Origin: a virus
Lineage: Duplodnaviria > Caudoviricetes
DNA length: 61,895 nucleotides
Direction: 5' to 3' (one strand)
IMG/VR virus record: IMGVR_UViG_3300016675_000012
Coordinates: 1 to 61,895 of that record
Position 1 is the first letter of the stretch; each line of letters opens with the position of its first letter. Below, piece by piece: positions 48,373 to 59,142 of the stretch. The notes below the pieces were generated by a model. That model was given only the letters and a program-made list of their open reading frames with translations. It had not been told where the DNA came from and did not search any database. The translations under genes and the position numbers were made by a program.

Positions 48373-51075
48373 TCAGGTTTTGGGAAGGGTAAGACTCAGA
48401 TCAGAGAAGTCGTTGATCATGGAGAGTGTCATGTCCACGATGTCAGACCCTGTTAGAGTCGTTCTCTGGATGAAGTCATCGAGACTTTCTGGCAAATAAC
48501 TACCAGTCCCAGACCCATTGCCTGCTGCATCTGTAAGAGACATTGGGTTGAAAGCCAAGTCATTTCCCATCAGGTCAGCCAGCAGGTCTTGGATCCGATC
48601 CATTTCCTTTTCGTATTCAGACTTCATGTCTGTTAGCTTGGCATTGATCTCAGCGATCTCACCTTGGACAAACCCATTGTAACCATTGGCCAGAGCAGAA
48701 CTCAGAGCCAGAAGGTTCGAAGGTTGGAACAAAGTTGAGAGGTTGCTGAAACCTCCACCCAAACCAAAGCTGATAACGAAGCCCAGAATTGAACCAATAA
48801 GGGCACCCCACTTCTGACCAAACAGGGCAGTAGAAGCTGATGACAGGGCTGTAGAGATCAGCACAGCAGCAATCGCATTAGCGACTGCACCAGCAACCAC
48901 AGCACTTGTGCCTGTGAGGCCCAGAGCGCCTCCTACAGCAGCATTGGTTCCAAAGATACCAGAGATACCTCCAACGGCTCCGGGAGCAATCAGTGCCCCA
49001 ATCACAACGATAGCGATGATGATGAAGAGCATTCCAAGGAATGTCTCATACCACTTCTTCTTGTAGATCTTGTAAGAGTTGAACACGATGTAAGTATTCG
49101 CTGTAGCCAGTTGAGTTGAACTCACCAGCCCAGCCTCTTTCAGACTCGGGTAATGAAGTGGAACCAGAAAACCTGAGTCATCTGTGTCATCCAGAGCTTC
49201 AGAGCTGGTGATCCTTACGGATTTACCACCATAGATGAAGTTCTCATGGACAGCTCCATAGACCCGAAGTCTTCTGTATTCGTTGTCTCCACTCTGCCAG
49301 TAGATGTTCATCAAAGGCATGGAGTTTGAAGTTGTGTGTCTGGTGTCTTCACCTGAAGAACTGACGTAACCAGTGGTTACAGTCCAGTTGAGTGAAGTCC
49401 CTTTCTCGATCCAGTAGTCTCCCTTCTTGGCTCCAACTTTTCCGATACCTGTGAACGTCGTCTCATCAATGAATGAGAACGAGATACGGTTGTCGAAATC
49501 CTGAAGAGAAGCACTGTCAGTCTTGAATTGGAGAGTGACAGTAGGAGGTGTCCCATACGAAGGTGTGGGAGGCTTGGGAGTTCCATAGAGAGGATTGGTT
49601 GGATTGCTCTGTGCAGCAGTCCAAGCAGTCACAGCAGCCAGACCAGTTTGGTAGGCTGCATTCGATGTGACGAAGTTGTCGATGTAGTCTGAAGGCAAAC
49701 CATGAAGAGGAATCAGGTTCTTCCAGAACGAGTAGAGATACTTCTTCGCATCGTTGTCTTTGGTGTTGAGAGTGACAGCCCATTGAACATAGGCATAGTC
49801 GATCTCACTCAGATCAGGGTTGTCTTCAACCTGAGCAACCAGATCATCGAATGTCTGGTTCTTGGTTGCTTTCTTGTAGAGCTTCTTTGTCGAGTCAAAG
49901 AGAGCAGCATAGCTAGGGTCTGTGATCGAAACGTTGTTCAGTCTCACAGGCAGAAACGGGAAGAACTCTGCGGTCACTTCTGAACCAACAGAGACATTCA
50001 GTGCATCCAGCACAGCATTTCCAGTCCCGATCTTGTAGATGAACATCTTGGCTCCGCCATAGTTCTTCTCAAGGATCGTGTCCTGTGTGTCGAGCTGCCA
50101 GTCATAGACCGTTCTGAGGAAGTCCCCAGTAATGGTTGTAGTGACTGTTTCTGTCACTCCACCACCTAGATCATTGTAGACTGTCGATACCGAGGTGTTT
50201 GTATAGACCTCTCGGTATTCCCAGACTCTTCTGAAGGTTCTGGTTTTGCTTGTCTGTGGATTGGATCCATCTCCCCCATTGTAAACCTCTTTCTCATGGA
50301 TCGTGTAGATCGTGTTGAAAGGTGTCTCAATGTGAGGGTAATCGGTTGTCGTGATCGTAGGATCCCCATTGGAATAGGTCTTCACAATGGTTCTTGTCTG
50401 ATCCTGAACATAGGTTACAAGCCCTGTATTCGTTGTCGAAGTCAGGGTGAAACCAGAAGTGGAAGGAAGACCTGAAGTAGCAGCAATCGTCTTGGTCCCT
50501 TCGACCAAAGGCTGCACTTCTTCCGGGAGATTGGTGTAATAGTTGGCCACCACAAATCTTCCGTTAGGATCATAGATCCCAGCAGAGAAAGTCACAGTAG
50601 CACCACCTTCTCTTTGGATCGTGATCGTGTGATCTCCTGAGTTGTATTCAGCAACCCAGTCAGTATCGACTTCCGTAGGGAAGTTTTCGATCATGTGCTT
50701 TAGAGCAAAGACTTCGTAGTCTCCATCAGCAAGGCTGGCATCTTGGATTGAGAGAACCAAACCAGCAGGAGATGCAGGGACTGAGATGAAGGGTCTGACA
50801 ACCTCTGGATCCAGCTCAAGAGCTTTGGAGATAGAATAGGTTGGAAGACCAGCATAATCCTGTCTGACTGCATACTTGAACAAAGACCTTTGATTCATAC
50901 CCGGACCACCAAGGTATGACTGAACAATCGTCTCCCCAATGAAGGGAGTCGATGGATTCATCACTGCACCGAAGACTGTGGACTTCAGGAAGTTAGGGCG
51001 GTTAGCCTCATCTCCAGCCATATTGTAGACTGTAGATGAGACCACCACCGTTTTCCGATCACTGAAGAAGCCCAT
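48373..51075 (-). CDS. virion structural protein (N4 gp53-like)
   Basis: MGFFS...SSTVYNMAGD start with AGGAG RBS; KKKWY followed by hydrophobic helices; synteny. Confidence 0.8.
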   Translation of the reverse strand: MGFFSDRKTVVVSSTVYNMAGDEANRPNFLKSTVFGAVMNPSTPFIGETIVQSYLGGPGMNQRSLFKYAVRQDYAGLPTYSISKALELDPEVVRPFISVPASPAGLVLSIQDASLADGDYEVFALKHMIENFPTEVDTDWVAEYNSGDHTITIQREGGATVTFSAGIYDPNGRFVVANYYTNLPEEVQPLVEGTKTIAATSGLPSTSGFTLTSTTNTGLVTYVQDQTRTIVKTYSNGDPTITTTDYPHIETPFNTIYTIHEKEVYNGGDGSNPQTSKTRTFRRVWEYREVYTNTSVSTVYNDLGGGVTETVTTTITGDFLRTVYDWQLDTQDTILEKNYGGAKMFIYKIGTGNAVLDALNVSVGSEVTAEFFPFLPVRLNNVSITDPSYAALFDSTKKLYKKATKNQTFDDLVAQVEDNPDLSEIDYAYVQWAVTLNTKDNDAKKYLYSFWKNLIPLHGLPSDYIDNFVTSNAAYQTGLAAVTAWTAAQSNPTNPLYGTPKPPTPSYGTPPTVTLQFKTDSASLQDFDNRISFSFIDETTFTGIGKVGAKKGDYWIEKGTSLNWTVTTGYVSSSGEDTRHTTSNSMPLMNIYWQSGDNEYRRLRVYGAVHENFIYGGKSVRITSSEALDDTDDSGFLVPLHYPSLKEAGLVSSTQLATANTYIVFNSYKIYKKKWYETFLGMLFIIIAIVVIGALIAPGAVGGISGIFGTNAAVGGALGLTGTSAVVAGAVANAIAAVLISTALSSASTALFGQKWGALIGSILGFVISFGLGGGFSNLSTLFQPSNLLALSSALANGYNGFVQGEIAEINAKLTDMKSEYEKEMDRIQDLLADLMGNDLAFNPMSLTDAAGNGSGTGSYLPESLDDFIQRTTLTGSDIVDMTLSMINDFSDLSLTLPKT

Positions 51076-51088
51076 TGAAAGACTCCTA

Positions 51089-52411
51089 TCAGAGACCGTT
51101 TGCAGCTCTGTTTGCAGCCAGAACAGTTCCAGCATTCGACGTGGTGAGTTCTGTCGGAGGAGACAGACCTTCGTCCAGCGTCTTCTGCGTGATCCAGTTG
51201 TCCAGATACATCTTGGCCGTCTTGTATTTGGCGTCCTTGATGAAGCTGTCGATCTGTTGGGTATACAGATCCTTCTGCTTCCCAACCGAACCCACCACAG
51301 TCTGACCATCAGTCCGTGTGTTGAGAGTCTTGGATCTCTCAGCCTCACGCTGTTCTTTCACCAGATCCAGTTGAACTGGGAGAACATAGGTCAGATTGTA
51401 TTCCTTAGTGTCGATGTCAGCTTGCAGAGAGTCCTTCTGCTTGCCCATCAGACCAGCAACAAGAGTCAGACCATCTGTCCGAGTGTTCAGGGTCTGGGCA
51501 CGTTGAGACTCCCACTGCTCTTTGACCAAACCAGTCTGAGCAGGCATGAGGAAGTTCAGCTTGTGCTGTTCTTGACCCAGTTGAACAGGCAGCAGGCTGT
51601 CTCTCTGGAATTCGTCGATGTCAGTCTTCAGAGGCAGAGTCACATCCACGTTGTATTGAGCAGCAGCCTTCTCGATAGGTTGCAGTTCACGATGGATGTA
51701 TTCCTTGATCGAAGCTTCAGCAGGAAGCACACGATCTGCCTGAACCTGATTGATGGCCACCGTAGAAGGCAGCACTTCCATTCTCTGGTATTGCTGAATG
51801 GCAAGTTCAGCAGGCAGAAGGTATCTAACTTTGTAGACCTCACCCTCAGTTTGAGCCATGAGAAGGAAGTTCTTCTGGTTCTCATTCGCCAGTTGAAGCT
51901 TTGTCAGGGCGTATTGGGCACCTGAGTTCTTCATGTCGAAAATGGCTTTCTGGGTGAGAACCTTGGCTTCCTCCAGCTCAATCAGAGCCTTGGTAGCCTG
52001 AATCTCTGCAACACGAGCCTGCATCTGAGCTGTGATTGCAGCCCAGTGAGCTTGGTCTTTGGCCAGAAGGAATTGAACAGATGAACCAAGGACACCACCC
52101 ATCACCTCAGTATAAACCTTGGCGTATTGGTCTCCGGTGATGCGGTTGCCTTTGAACTCACGCTGGATGTGAAGATCCATCGCAGCCATGAGTTTATCAA
52201 AGACGCCAGTGCCTTCCAGATCGACCTCTGTCAGATCTTCAATGGAAATCTCACTGGCGTCTTTGTAGAGTTCCGAGTTCTCATCTGGTTCAAACGAGAA
52301 CTTCGGATCTGTGAAATCGACAGTAGGAGCGACTGGAGCATCAGCGACAAGGGACTCAAACAGTTGTTGAGCAAGATCATCAACCATTTGATCATCGGTG
52401 TAAGTGGTCAT
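51089..52411 (-). CDS. virion structural protein (N4 gp54-like)
   Basis: GTGVFDKLM...RITGDQYA and GKQKDLYTQQIDSF motifs; internal LP repeats. Confidence 0.8.
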   Translation of the reverse strand: MTTYTDDQMVDDLAQQLFESLVADAPVAPTVDFTDPKFSFEPDENSELYKDASEISIEDLTEVDLEGTGVFDKLMAAMDLHIQREFKGNRITGDQYAKVYTEVMGGVLGSSVQFLLAKDQAHWAAITAQMQARVAEIQATKALIELEEAKVLTQKAIFDMKNSGAQYALTKLQLANENQKNFLLMAQTEGEVYKVRYLLPAELAIQQYQRMEVLPSTVAINQVQADRVLPAEASIKEYIHRELQPIEKAAAQYNVDVTLPLKTDIDEFQRDSLLPVQLGQEQHKLNFLMPAQTGLVKEQWESQRAQTLNTRTDGLTLVAGLMGKQKDSLQADIDTKEYNLTYVLPVQLDLVKEQREAERSKTLNTRTDGQTVVGSVGKQKDLYTQQIDSFIKDAKYKTAKMYLDNWITQKTLDEGLSPPTELTTSNAGTVLAANRAANGL

Positions 52412-52457
52412 CTGATGCTTCCCTTTGTCAAAGCTACTCCAGTCTCCTTACCAGAAA

Positions 52458-53183
52458 TCAGTTGCTGGTGTCGATAGACTGAGAAGCCCGTTGCAGAACA
52501 CCAAGTTCCCGGATTTCCTGCATCGTCAAAGGAGGCAGAACTTCCACACTGAACTTGTTGGTCATCACTGTCTTGTAAGCTTTCACCCCAAAACGACCAG
52601 ACTTCACTTCTTTCCGAAGCGGGAACTTCCAGTTCTTCAGATGCTCATACAGCATCCAAGGAATGTGGTAGCCGTTCTCAGTTTCATCCCCAAAGGGAAT
52701 CAGCTTTGAAACCTTGCCCGTATACTTGTTCTGGACAGAGATGATCGCACCAGTAACTGATGAGTCATTCGGATCCAGATTGCGAAGACGAACCCGAACC
52801 AGACGAAGAGCTTGGGCACGGATTGCTTCACGACGAAGAGCAGTGTCTTCGATTGTCGAAGGATCCACTGTCAGCAGATCAATCTTGGGCTTCTGACGAC
52901 GAACAGGCTTGTTCACCTGAATGTATTCTTCTTCAGCTTCAGGACCATCTTGGAACCCACTCAGATCAGGTTCATCAAACTGGTTCGTAGAAGTGGGAGA
53001 ACTCATCAGGAATTTGTCGAGCTGAGCCATCAGTTTTCCACGAAGAGTTTCCAGACCTGTGTTCCCAGAGAATGGGACATTCATGTCTTTGGCGAGCTTC
53101 CGAAGAGGCTCAATCGAGTCTGCTGTCTTCACAGCTTCGATGACTTCAGCAGCCGTCATCTGGCTCATGTTGATGTCGTTCAT
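52458..53183 (-). CDS. N4 gp55-like protein
   Basis: LRLVRVR...NLDP...IPFG...YHIP...LPPLT pattern; downstream of the capsid gene. Confidence 0.75.
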   Translation of the reverse strand: MNDINMSQMTAAEVIEAVKTADSIEPLRKLAKDMNVPFSGNTGLETLRGKLMAQLDKFLMSSPTSTNQFDEPDLSGFQDGPEAEEEYIQVNKPVRRQKPKIDLLTVDPSTIEDTALRREAIRAQALRLVRVRLRNLDPNDSSVTGAIISVQNKYTGKVSKLIPFGDETENGYHIPWMLYEHLKNWKFPLRKEVKSGRFGVKAYKTVMTNKFSVEVLPPLTMQEIRELGVLQRASQSIDTSN

Positions 53184-53222
53184 GGTGCTTTTCCTGTTGT
53201 TGTTGTGTAAGAGTCCCCTCTC

Positions 53223-53256
53223 AATAAATTGGGGGGAACCTTTCGGTCCCCCCCAA
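53223..53256 (-). terminator. terminator after the major capsid gene
   Basis: On the - strand TTGGGGGGGACC-GAAA-GGTTCCCCCCAA followed by TTTATT. Confidence 0.8.
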
Positions 53257-53279
53257 CTTCTTTCCCTAGATCAGTCATA

Positions 53280-54734
53280 TCACTCAGGAGCAACCGAGTA
53301 GCCCAGTGCAATCCGTTCAGGACGGAGAGCGATGAAGCCATACCAGAAGCTGATCGAGCTGAAGCCGATCTTGCCGTAGGGATCCGAAACAGTAGCCATC
53401 TCTTCGCCGGGCTTCTTGACGATGATCTTGAACTTCTGCTTCGAGTCTTTCTTGCCAGACGACTGGAGACCGACAGTAGCGAAGGACTCCGAGCCAACCA
53501 CGAGAACCGGGAACACGTCGTAGCGTCCAGCAGTCTCACGGTAGCCGAGGTTGGCAGAAGTTGCCGTGGCCCCAGCACCAGCCCAGTGCATCATGTTCGG
53601 CACAACCACGATACGGAAGTCACCCACCGAACCGATTTCGCCATTCATGATGGTCGTCGCATCAGCATACTGACGAACTGGCGTGAAAGCAGCGACAGTG
53701 AGAGACCCGATGGTCTGGGTCATGTTCTCGAAAGTCGTTTGCAGTTCAGACCCGATATACATGATCCGAGCAGCGTTGATCGTCTTGGTATCGACCATGG
53801 TCGAACCCTTGATGATCTTCGTGTTCTTCGGAGTCCGGTTGTCATCGAGCGTGATGGCCAGCTTCTTCAGGTCGTTGTAGTTGATCACCGAAGGATCAGA
53901 ACCTTGACCAGTGATCGTGCCAACCGAAGTTGCAGTCCCACTGAACAGGATGGTTCCAGCAGCCGACAGGAGGTCGAGTTGCAGGAGATCTTCCGTGATC
54001 TGGTTGGCCCCGATCAGCATCTCACGCGACATATGACCATACAGGTCAGAGTCGGTATCGAAGGTCAGAGAGTCTTCCGAGAATTCGGTGAAGAAGCCGT
54101 ATTCTTGGATCGTCCCAGAACGTTCGATACGAGTGAAGCCGACACGGTTCACACGACCACCAGTTTCCGACAGTTCGGGCATACGAGAGGTGATCGTCCC
54201 CACGTCTCTGCTAGAACCATACAGGTTCCCACCACGTTGCTCGATCTTGACCAAAGTCTCATCGGCACGTTTGGTAGCAGTTGCCAGAGCAGCCACGACA
54301 GCATTTGCCTCGACTTGAGTGCCTGCAACCAGAGTCGTGTCGTTGATGGTCACGGTCCACGGAGATGCCGCACCAGACTTGGTGGCAGCACCAGCTTGAA
54401 TCGCGTTCACAGCAGCAGCCAGTGCAGTAGCACCAGCTTCAACCACATACGAGTATGACCCCTTCAGCGTCACCATGAAGTCAGCATTGCTGATGGCAAC
54501 ACCATTGGCGTCGATACCTTGGTCGTTGACGTTCCGTTCGTCCAGCAGCGGAACGTAGTAGTAGACCTTCAGTTCCTTGCCGTAGTTGGCAGGCATTGAA
54601 CGCACGTCAGCCAGAGGAGAGAAGAACATCTCCCAAGCTGCGTCGATCAGACTCCGACGATCCCAGTAGAACGTGTTGAACTGGTTGCCGATTGTGGACG
54701 GTGTGCCCGGAGGGGCGTTATACAGTTGAGCCAT
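53280..54734 (-). CDS. major capsid protein (N4 gp56-like)
   Basis: YVPLLDERNVNDQGIDA, GNLYGSS, GGRVNRVGF and DPYGKIGFSSI motifs. Confidence 0.93.
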   Translation of the reverse strand: MAQLYNAPPGTPSTIGNQFNTFYWDRRSLIDAAWEMFFSPLADVRSMPANYGKELKVYYYVPLLDERNVNDQGIDANGVAISNADFMVTLKGSYSYVVEAGATALAAAVNAIQAGAATKSGAASPWTVTINDTTLVAGTQVEANAVVAALATATKRADETLVKIEQRGGNLYGSSRDVGTITSRMPELSETGGRVNRVGFTRIERSGTIQEYGFFTEFSEDSLTFDTDSDLYGHMSREMLIGANQITEDLLQLDLLSAAGTILFSGTATSVGTITGQGSDPSVINYNDLKKLAITLDDNRTPKNTKIIKGSTMVDTKTINAARIMYIGSELQTTFENMTQTIGSLTVAAFTPVRQYADATTIMNGEIGSVGDFRIVVVPNMMHWAGAGATATSANLGYRETAGRYDVFPVLVVGSESFATVGLQSSGKKDSKQKFKIIVKKPGEEMATVSDPYGKIGFSSISFWYGFIALRPERIALGYSVAPE

Positions 54735-54764
54735 GTTGGTTCATCCTTTTCAAACTTCTCTGGA

Positions 54765-56030
54765 TCAGCTTGGCGGTTTCAGCTTGAGGAATTCCTCGTC
54801 GCTCATCGCCCAGTAATCCGGTTGACCTTGGTTGCCTGCTCCACTTGAGGGAGGAGTAGCACGAGGTTGCTTTGTCGAAGAGAGGTTTGGATTGGGCGCA
54901 ACAGCGGTCTGTGCTGCCTTCCGGGTGCCAGTGTCGAGCGGAACTTGAGTTCCCTGCGATTGGACTTGCATCTTCGGTTTCTGCGTCAAGTTGGTTCCAA
55001 ACACACCAGCTTTTTGCATCGCATCAGCCACCAGATGGTAGGCTTGAACGAAGGGAACATCGGTCAGGAAACCCATTGTCCGCTGGTAGTCAAGTTCCTT
55101 CTTGACCTGTGCATATACTCCAGATCTGCGTTGATCAAGTAGATTCTGGAAAATAGCAGGTTGATCTCTCAAAGCTTCCTTTGAAACATCATCCCAACTT
55201 GAGTTGATCTCCTTGATCAGATCAGGACCACCTTCAGAAGCCATAGTTGACTCAATTGCTTCTTTGAAAGCCAGAGTCTTGGCATCAATCTGGTGGTTGG
55301 CAGGCTTGTAGGCAACTTCCTTGGACACGTCGATGTCGATTGGGTCGATCTTCTTGTCCTTCAGAAGCTTCTGAATTGCTTCCGGCTTGCCATTCATGAC
55401 TTCGATCATGAAGTTCAACTTGTCAGGGTTATCCAGACCCTGAGCCTTCAGCATTTCATTCTGGGCACGAAGAGGCTTCATCTCGTGCATACGACGAGAG
55501 TAGTTCACTCCCATCTGCATGAGACGAATTGCATCTTCAGGAGACCGGACTTGAATGTCCTTCCCATCAGCTTTGAAGGGAGCAGTCACCTTCTTGTAGA
55601 AGTCGAGAGCTGCTGCTTGAACAACAGCGGGACTCTCCTCTGGCTTTTTCCCTTCCGGCTTCTGATCTTCAGCTTTGGACTTGGATCCGGGAGCTGGTTG
55701 GGTTTCGGCCTTTGGAGGAGTTGGTTGTCCCTCTTGATTCTGTGCTTCAGAACCTTGCTTGAACGGTTCTCCAGATGGAGCAGGAACTTGTCCTTCTTCT
55801 CCACCTTCATTGGCAGGCTGTTCCTGACCTTGCTCTCCTGAGTCTGAACCAGAAGAAGCAGAAGCATCCCCAGCATTGGGGTCGGTGTCAGCATTGCCAT
55901 CGGTGTTGGCTGAAGCATTGGAATCACCCTCTTGAGGAACGAACGCTTGAAGTTGAGACGGGTCCAACTTCAGGAATTCTTCATCTGAGAGAGTGTCCAG
56001 ATCAATCGGGGTCTGGGCATTGTCTGTCAT
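54765..56030 (-). CDS. N4 gp57-like protein (putative scaffold/tape-measure-like)
   Basis: PFKADGK...LMQMGVNY motif; terminal SDEEF repeats; upstream of the capsid gene. Confidence 0.8.
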   Translation of the reverse strand: MTDNAQTPIDLDTLSDEEFLKLDPSQLQAFVPQEGDSNASANTDGNADTDPNAGDASASSGSDSGEQGQEQPANEGGEEGQVPAPSGEPFKQGSEAQNQEGQPTPPKAETQPAPGSKSKAEDQKPEGKKPEESPAVVQAAALDFYKKVTAPFKADGKDIQVRSPEDAIRLMQMGVNYSRRMHEMKPLRAQNEMLKAQGLDNPDKLNFMIEVMNGKPEAIQKLLKDKKIDPIDIDVSKEVAYKPANHQIDAKTLAFKEAIESTMASEGGPDLIKEINSSWDDVSKEALRDQPAIFQNLLDQRRSGVYAQVKKELDYQRTMGFLTDVPFVQAYHLVADAMQKAGVFGTNLTQKPKMQVQSQGTQVPLDTGTRKAAQTAVAPNPNLSSTKQPRATPPSSGAGNQGQPDYWAMSDEEFLKLKPPS

Positions 56031-56059
56031 GGTTTTGTCCTTATCGAGGGTGATTCAGA

Positions 56060-56455
56060 TCAGATTGCGTTTGCAGCCTGATCAGCTTCCATTTGCTTGC
56101 GAGCCTCTTCCAGATTGGCCAGCTCATCACGAGCGATGTTGCCCTTCTGAATGAAGGTCGTCATGAAAGTCCGAAGTTGTGCGATACCACGAAGATCTTG
56201 CACACAACCTTGAATCTGATTCTCATTCAGACGACCTGACGCAATGAGACTGCCCAGACGGGCAGGTTCACGAGTGAAGTAGTCTTCCATGATCAGGGCT
56301 TGGAAGTCAGCGTTCTTGGCCAGTCTTGCTGCCATCTCTGACTGTTTGATGACGTGTTCAACAGAAGCCCGATACTGTTGATACTCTTCGAAGGTCATCG
56401 CTTGTTCTTCGGTGCCTTCCCCCAGTTCAGGGGCATTGTCTTTGTAGAGGTTCAT
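56060..56455 (-). CDS. N4 gp58-like protein
   Basis: RLAKNADFQALIMEDYF motif; GGAG RBS; synteny. Confidence 0.75.
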   Translation of the reverse strand: MNLYKDNAPELGEGTEEQAMTFEEYQQYRASVEHVIKQSEMAARLAKNADFQALIMEDYFTREPARLGSLIASGRLNENQIQGCVQDLRGIAQLRTFMTTFIQKGNIARDELANLEEARKQMEADQAANAI

Positions 56456-56507
56456 TGCCAACTCCTTGGTTGGTTGAATGGTTGCAGTAAGTTGTGCTTA
56501 CCCGAAG

Positions 56508-58853
56508 TTATCTCGGATAAGCAAGCCTTTGAGCAGGATTCATTTGTTGGGCACTCTGAAGAGGAGCCAACGGAACTTGTCCCGCAGGAGGAACATAGGG
56601 TTGAGCAACTCTAGGAGGTTGAGTTGCCCTCATCTCGTTCTTCTTCTCGACCAGTGAGTTGTAACCCACAGCCGCTTGGATGTTCTGAACAGGTGTCTCA
56701 CCATTCAGAAGACCCAGAGTCACATCTCTAGCTCTGTTGCCCTCAGCTTGGGCACCCATCAGAGCCATCTCACGTTGATGATCAACACCAGTTGCATCCT
56801 GTTCAGTTTGCAGAGCAGTGTTTTCAGCATCAGCCTGAGCAGTGAGAGCCTTGGCTTTGTTGAGTTCAATCTGAGACTTGAGCAGCTCAATCTGAAGCTT
56901 GGCCATCTCTTGCTGAATCGGATCAGGTTGAGGTTTGTAGTCCCGAACACGCTTTGCCAGATCAGGCATACGCTTCAGTTCCATGATGTCAGCCATGATG
57001 ATTGCACGGAGACCCGGATCCATTTCAGGACCAATGGTCTGCATCAGCATACCCAGATCCTGAGACTTCAGCTCATCAACTTGAGCAGAAGCAATGTCAC
57101 AGATCAGGTCAAAGTTTCCGTCCAGCTCATCTCTGTAGACTTCAACGAACGTATCATTCGTGACCCGAACCACTTCCTTTTTCTCAAGGAACTTAGCGTT
57201 CATTGAAATCATCTTGTTGCCGATTTGACGCATACCTTCAGCAATTCTGCGAAGGATGCTCATGTCTCTCTGACCAGTAGCGTCCAGAGCAGCACCAGTA
57301 TTGCGAGCAACCTTGCCAAAGGCATCTCCAGTGATCCCTGAAGAGAATGCCTTCACACCACTGAGAGACTCGGCTTCAGTGTTCTGGTTGTTGGCAATGA
57401 TCAGAGCCGACTGAGGAATCTCAGGGTAGGTCATCTGACGGATGGCTGTATTCGGATCAGAGTTTGGGTTGAACTCGAAATCCTCACCTTTGATCAGACG
57501 TTGACGGTTCACAGGGTCAAGGAACCCTTTGGCGTAACCAGTCTGAGCATTCGAAGACCGACCCAGAAGGTCAATCATCCCACGAGTCACAGCACCCAGA
57601 ATGCGTTGATTGTCTTGCAGGATCGAAGCATCAGCTTCCCCGAAAGACGAACCATCAATGGGCATGTAGGGAATAAGGACAAACGGAGGCTTCCGATCAG
57701 GGAAGGGGTTCTCCTGCATCTGGATGATTGTGTCACCGATGAAGGTCACAACAATCGGAACCATTTCCCCAGTATCGTGAATATCGCACAGACCCCAGTA
57801 TTCGTAGACAAGGATCTTCGCCTTCTTGGAGTTGAAGCGAATGTCTGTCTGAGGAGTATTGGACTTGTGATCGAGGTTTCCAAGCTTAGATTTGACTTGG
57901 TTTGCACCCCAGTTCACCTTGTCGAGGTTCTTGTAGATCCGACGCTTTCTCAGCTCGGACTCAGTGGTCTCATAGGTGTGGATCATGTATTGAGCTTCAG
58001 TCCAATCACCATCAGGTGTTGGTTCAATGAAGAAGTTCTCAACGTTGATGACCTTCACGCTTGGAGCATTCCAAACGATTTTGTCTTCGTAGACCTCTTC
58101 CATGCCAACTTCTTGGGCATAGACGGCCACATGATTCTGAACCCTATACTCCACAGCAGCCTTCAGACTGTCTGGGATCTCCATGTTCAGTTCGAACAGG
58201 TCAGGATCCTGCATATACATCTGAGTTGCTTCAGCGAGGATCTGAAGCATTTGCTCATCTTGCAGAGGGTAATACTCATACTTCATTCGCTGGACTTTGA
58301 CCTTTTCGGTCTTCCGTTCCCAGCCCACACGAATGATGGCTGTGCCTTCGTCCACAACTTTCCGAACCACTTTGTCGATGAACGCAACCTTGTTCATCTT
58401 CGTATCAAACTGCCAGTTCAGAACCAGTTGGTTCTGTTGAGCAGCTTTCTTGTCTTCAGCAGTTCGAGGATTGATCGTGAAGACCTTGTAGTCATTTAGG
58501 AAAGGTTCACTCAGAGTGGGGTATCTCCACTCATTGTGCTTCCGAATCAGCTTGGGTTGAACAGTGGAACGTCCGGGAACAGCAGTCTTGCCCTTCTTCC
58601 CAGACTCAACTCCAGTAGCATTCCGAAGAGCAAGCCAACCTTCAACATTGGCTCTCTGATCAAGGTTCTCTTGACGAGCGTATTCAAGGTCTCCCTTGAT
58701 GTCTTCGATTGTAGGCTCATAAGCCCAATCTGTCAGACGACCATCGTCTTCTTGAGTCTCAGAAAGCTTGTATGGCTCAACGACTTCTTCAGCCGGAGCC
58801 ACAGTTGAACCAGAAGGAACAGAGGTTTGGTCTTCGAGATCTTTGATGTCCAC
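56508..58853 (-). CDS. portal protein (N4 gp59-like)
   Basis: GRSTVQPKLIRKHNEWRY, LSEPFL and AESLSGVKAF motifs; GTG start at 58853 with AGGAG RBS. Confidence 0.9.
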   Translation of the reverse strand: MDIKDLEDQTSVPSGSTVAPAEEVVEPYKLSETQEDDGRLTDWAYEPTIEDIKGDLEYARQENLDQRANVEGWLALRNATGVESGKKGKTAVPGRSTVQPKLIRKHNEWRYPTLSEPFLNDYKVFTINPRTAEDKKAAQQNQLVLNWQFDTKMNKVAFIDKVVRKVVDEGTAIIRVGWERKTEKVKVQRMKYEYYPLQDEQMLQILAEATQMYMQDPDLFELNMEIPDSLKAAVEYRVQNHVAVYAQEVGMEEVYEDKIVWNAPSVKVINVENFFIEPTPDGDWTEAQYMIHTYETTESELRKRRIYKNLDKVNWGANQVKSKLGNLDHKSNTPQTDIRFNSKKAKILVYEYWGLCDIHDTGEMVPIVVTFIGDTIIQMQENPFPDRKPPFVLIPYMPIDGSSFGEADASILQDNQRILGAVTRGMIDLLGRSSNAQTGYAKGFLDPVNRQRLIKGEDFEFNPNSDPNTAIRQMTYPEIPQSALIIANNQNTEAESLSGVKAFSSGITGDAFGKVARNTGAALDATGQRDMSILRRIAEGMRQIGNKMISMNAKFLEKKEVVRVTNDTFVEVYRDELDGNFDLICDIASAQVDELKSQDLGMLMQTIGPEMDPGLRAIIMADIMELKRMPDLAKRVRDYKPQPDPIQQEMAKLQIELLKSQIELNKAKALTAQADAENTALQTEQDATGVDHQREMALMGAQAEGNRARDVTLGLLNGETPVQNIQAAVGYNSLVEKKNEMRATQPPRVAQPYVPPAGQVPLAPLQSAQQMNPAQRLAYPR

Positions 58854-58857
58854 TGGA

Positions 58858-59142
58858 TTACTCCTGTTCTTCCTCACAGACGCCATAGGCAATGCAAAGC
58901 GTCTTCAGCCGACTGTTTGCAAGCAATAGGCCCTCAGTATTTCGGATGTAGGCTTGTGTCAACGTTCCGACAGAGTTGACAGGTCCAGCATACAGGGGAA
59001 CCTCATCGTAAACTTGACGAGGTATCCCTGAACCTGAGTTGGGAAGAGATTTCTCTCCACACCCATTAAGGGCGAATACGCTCATGAAAGCGATCAAGAA
59101 CACCTTGGATTTCAGGCGGGAGACTCTGGGAGTAGACAACAT
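58858..59142 (-). CDS. o-spanin (Rz1-like lipoprotein)
   Basis: Signal peptide with lipobox LNGC; overlaps the i-spanin 3' end. Confidence 0.8.
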   Translation of the reverse strand: MLSTPRVSRLKSKVFLIAFMSVFALNGCGEKSLPNSGSGIPRQVYDEVPLYAGPVNSVGTLTQAYIRNTEGLLLANSRLKTLCIAYGVCEEEQE

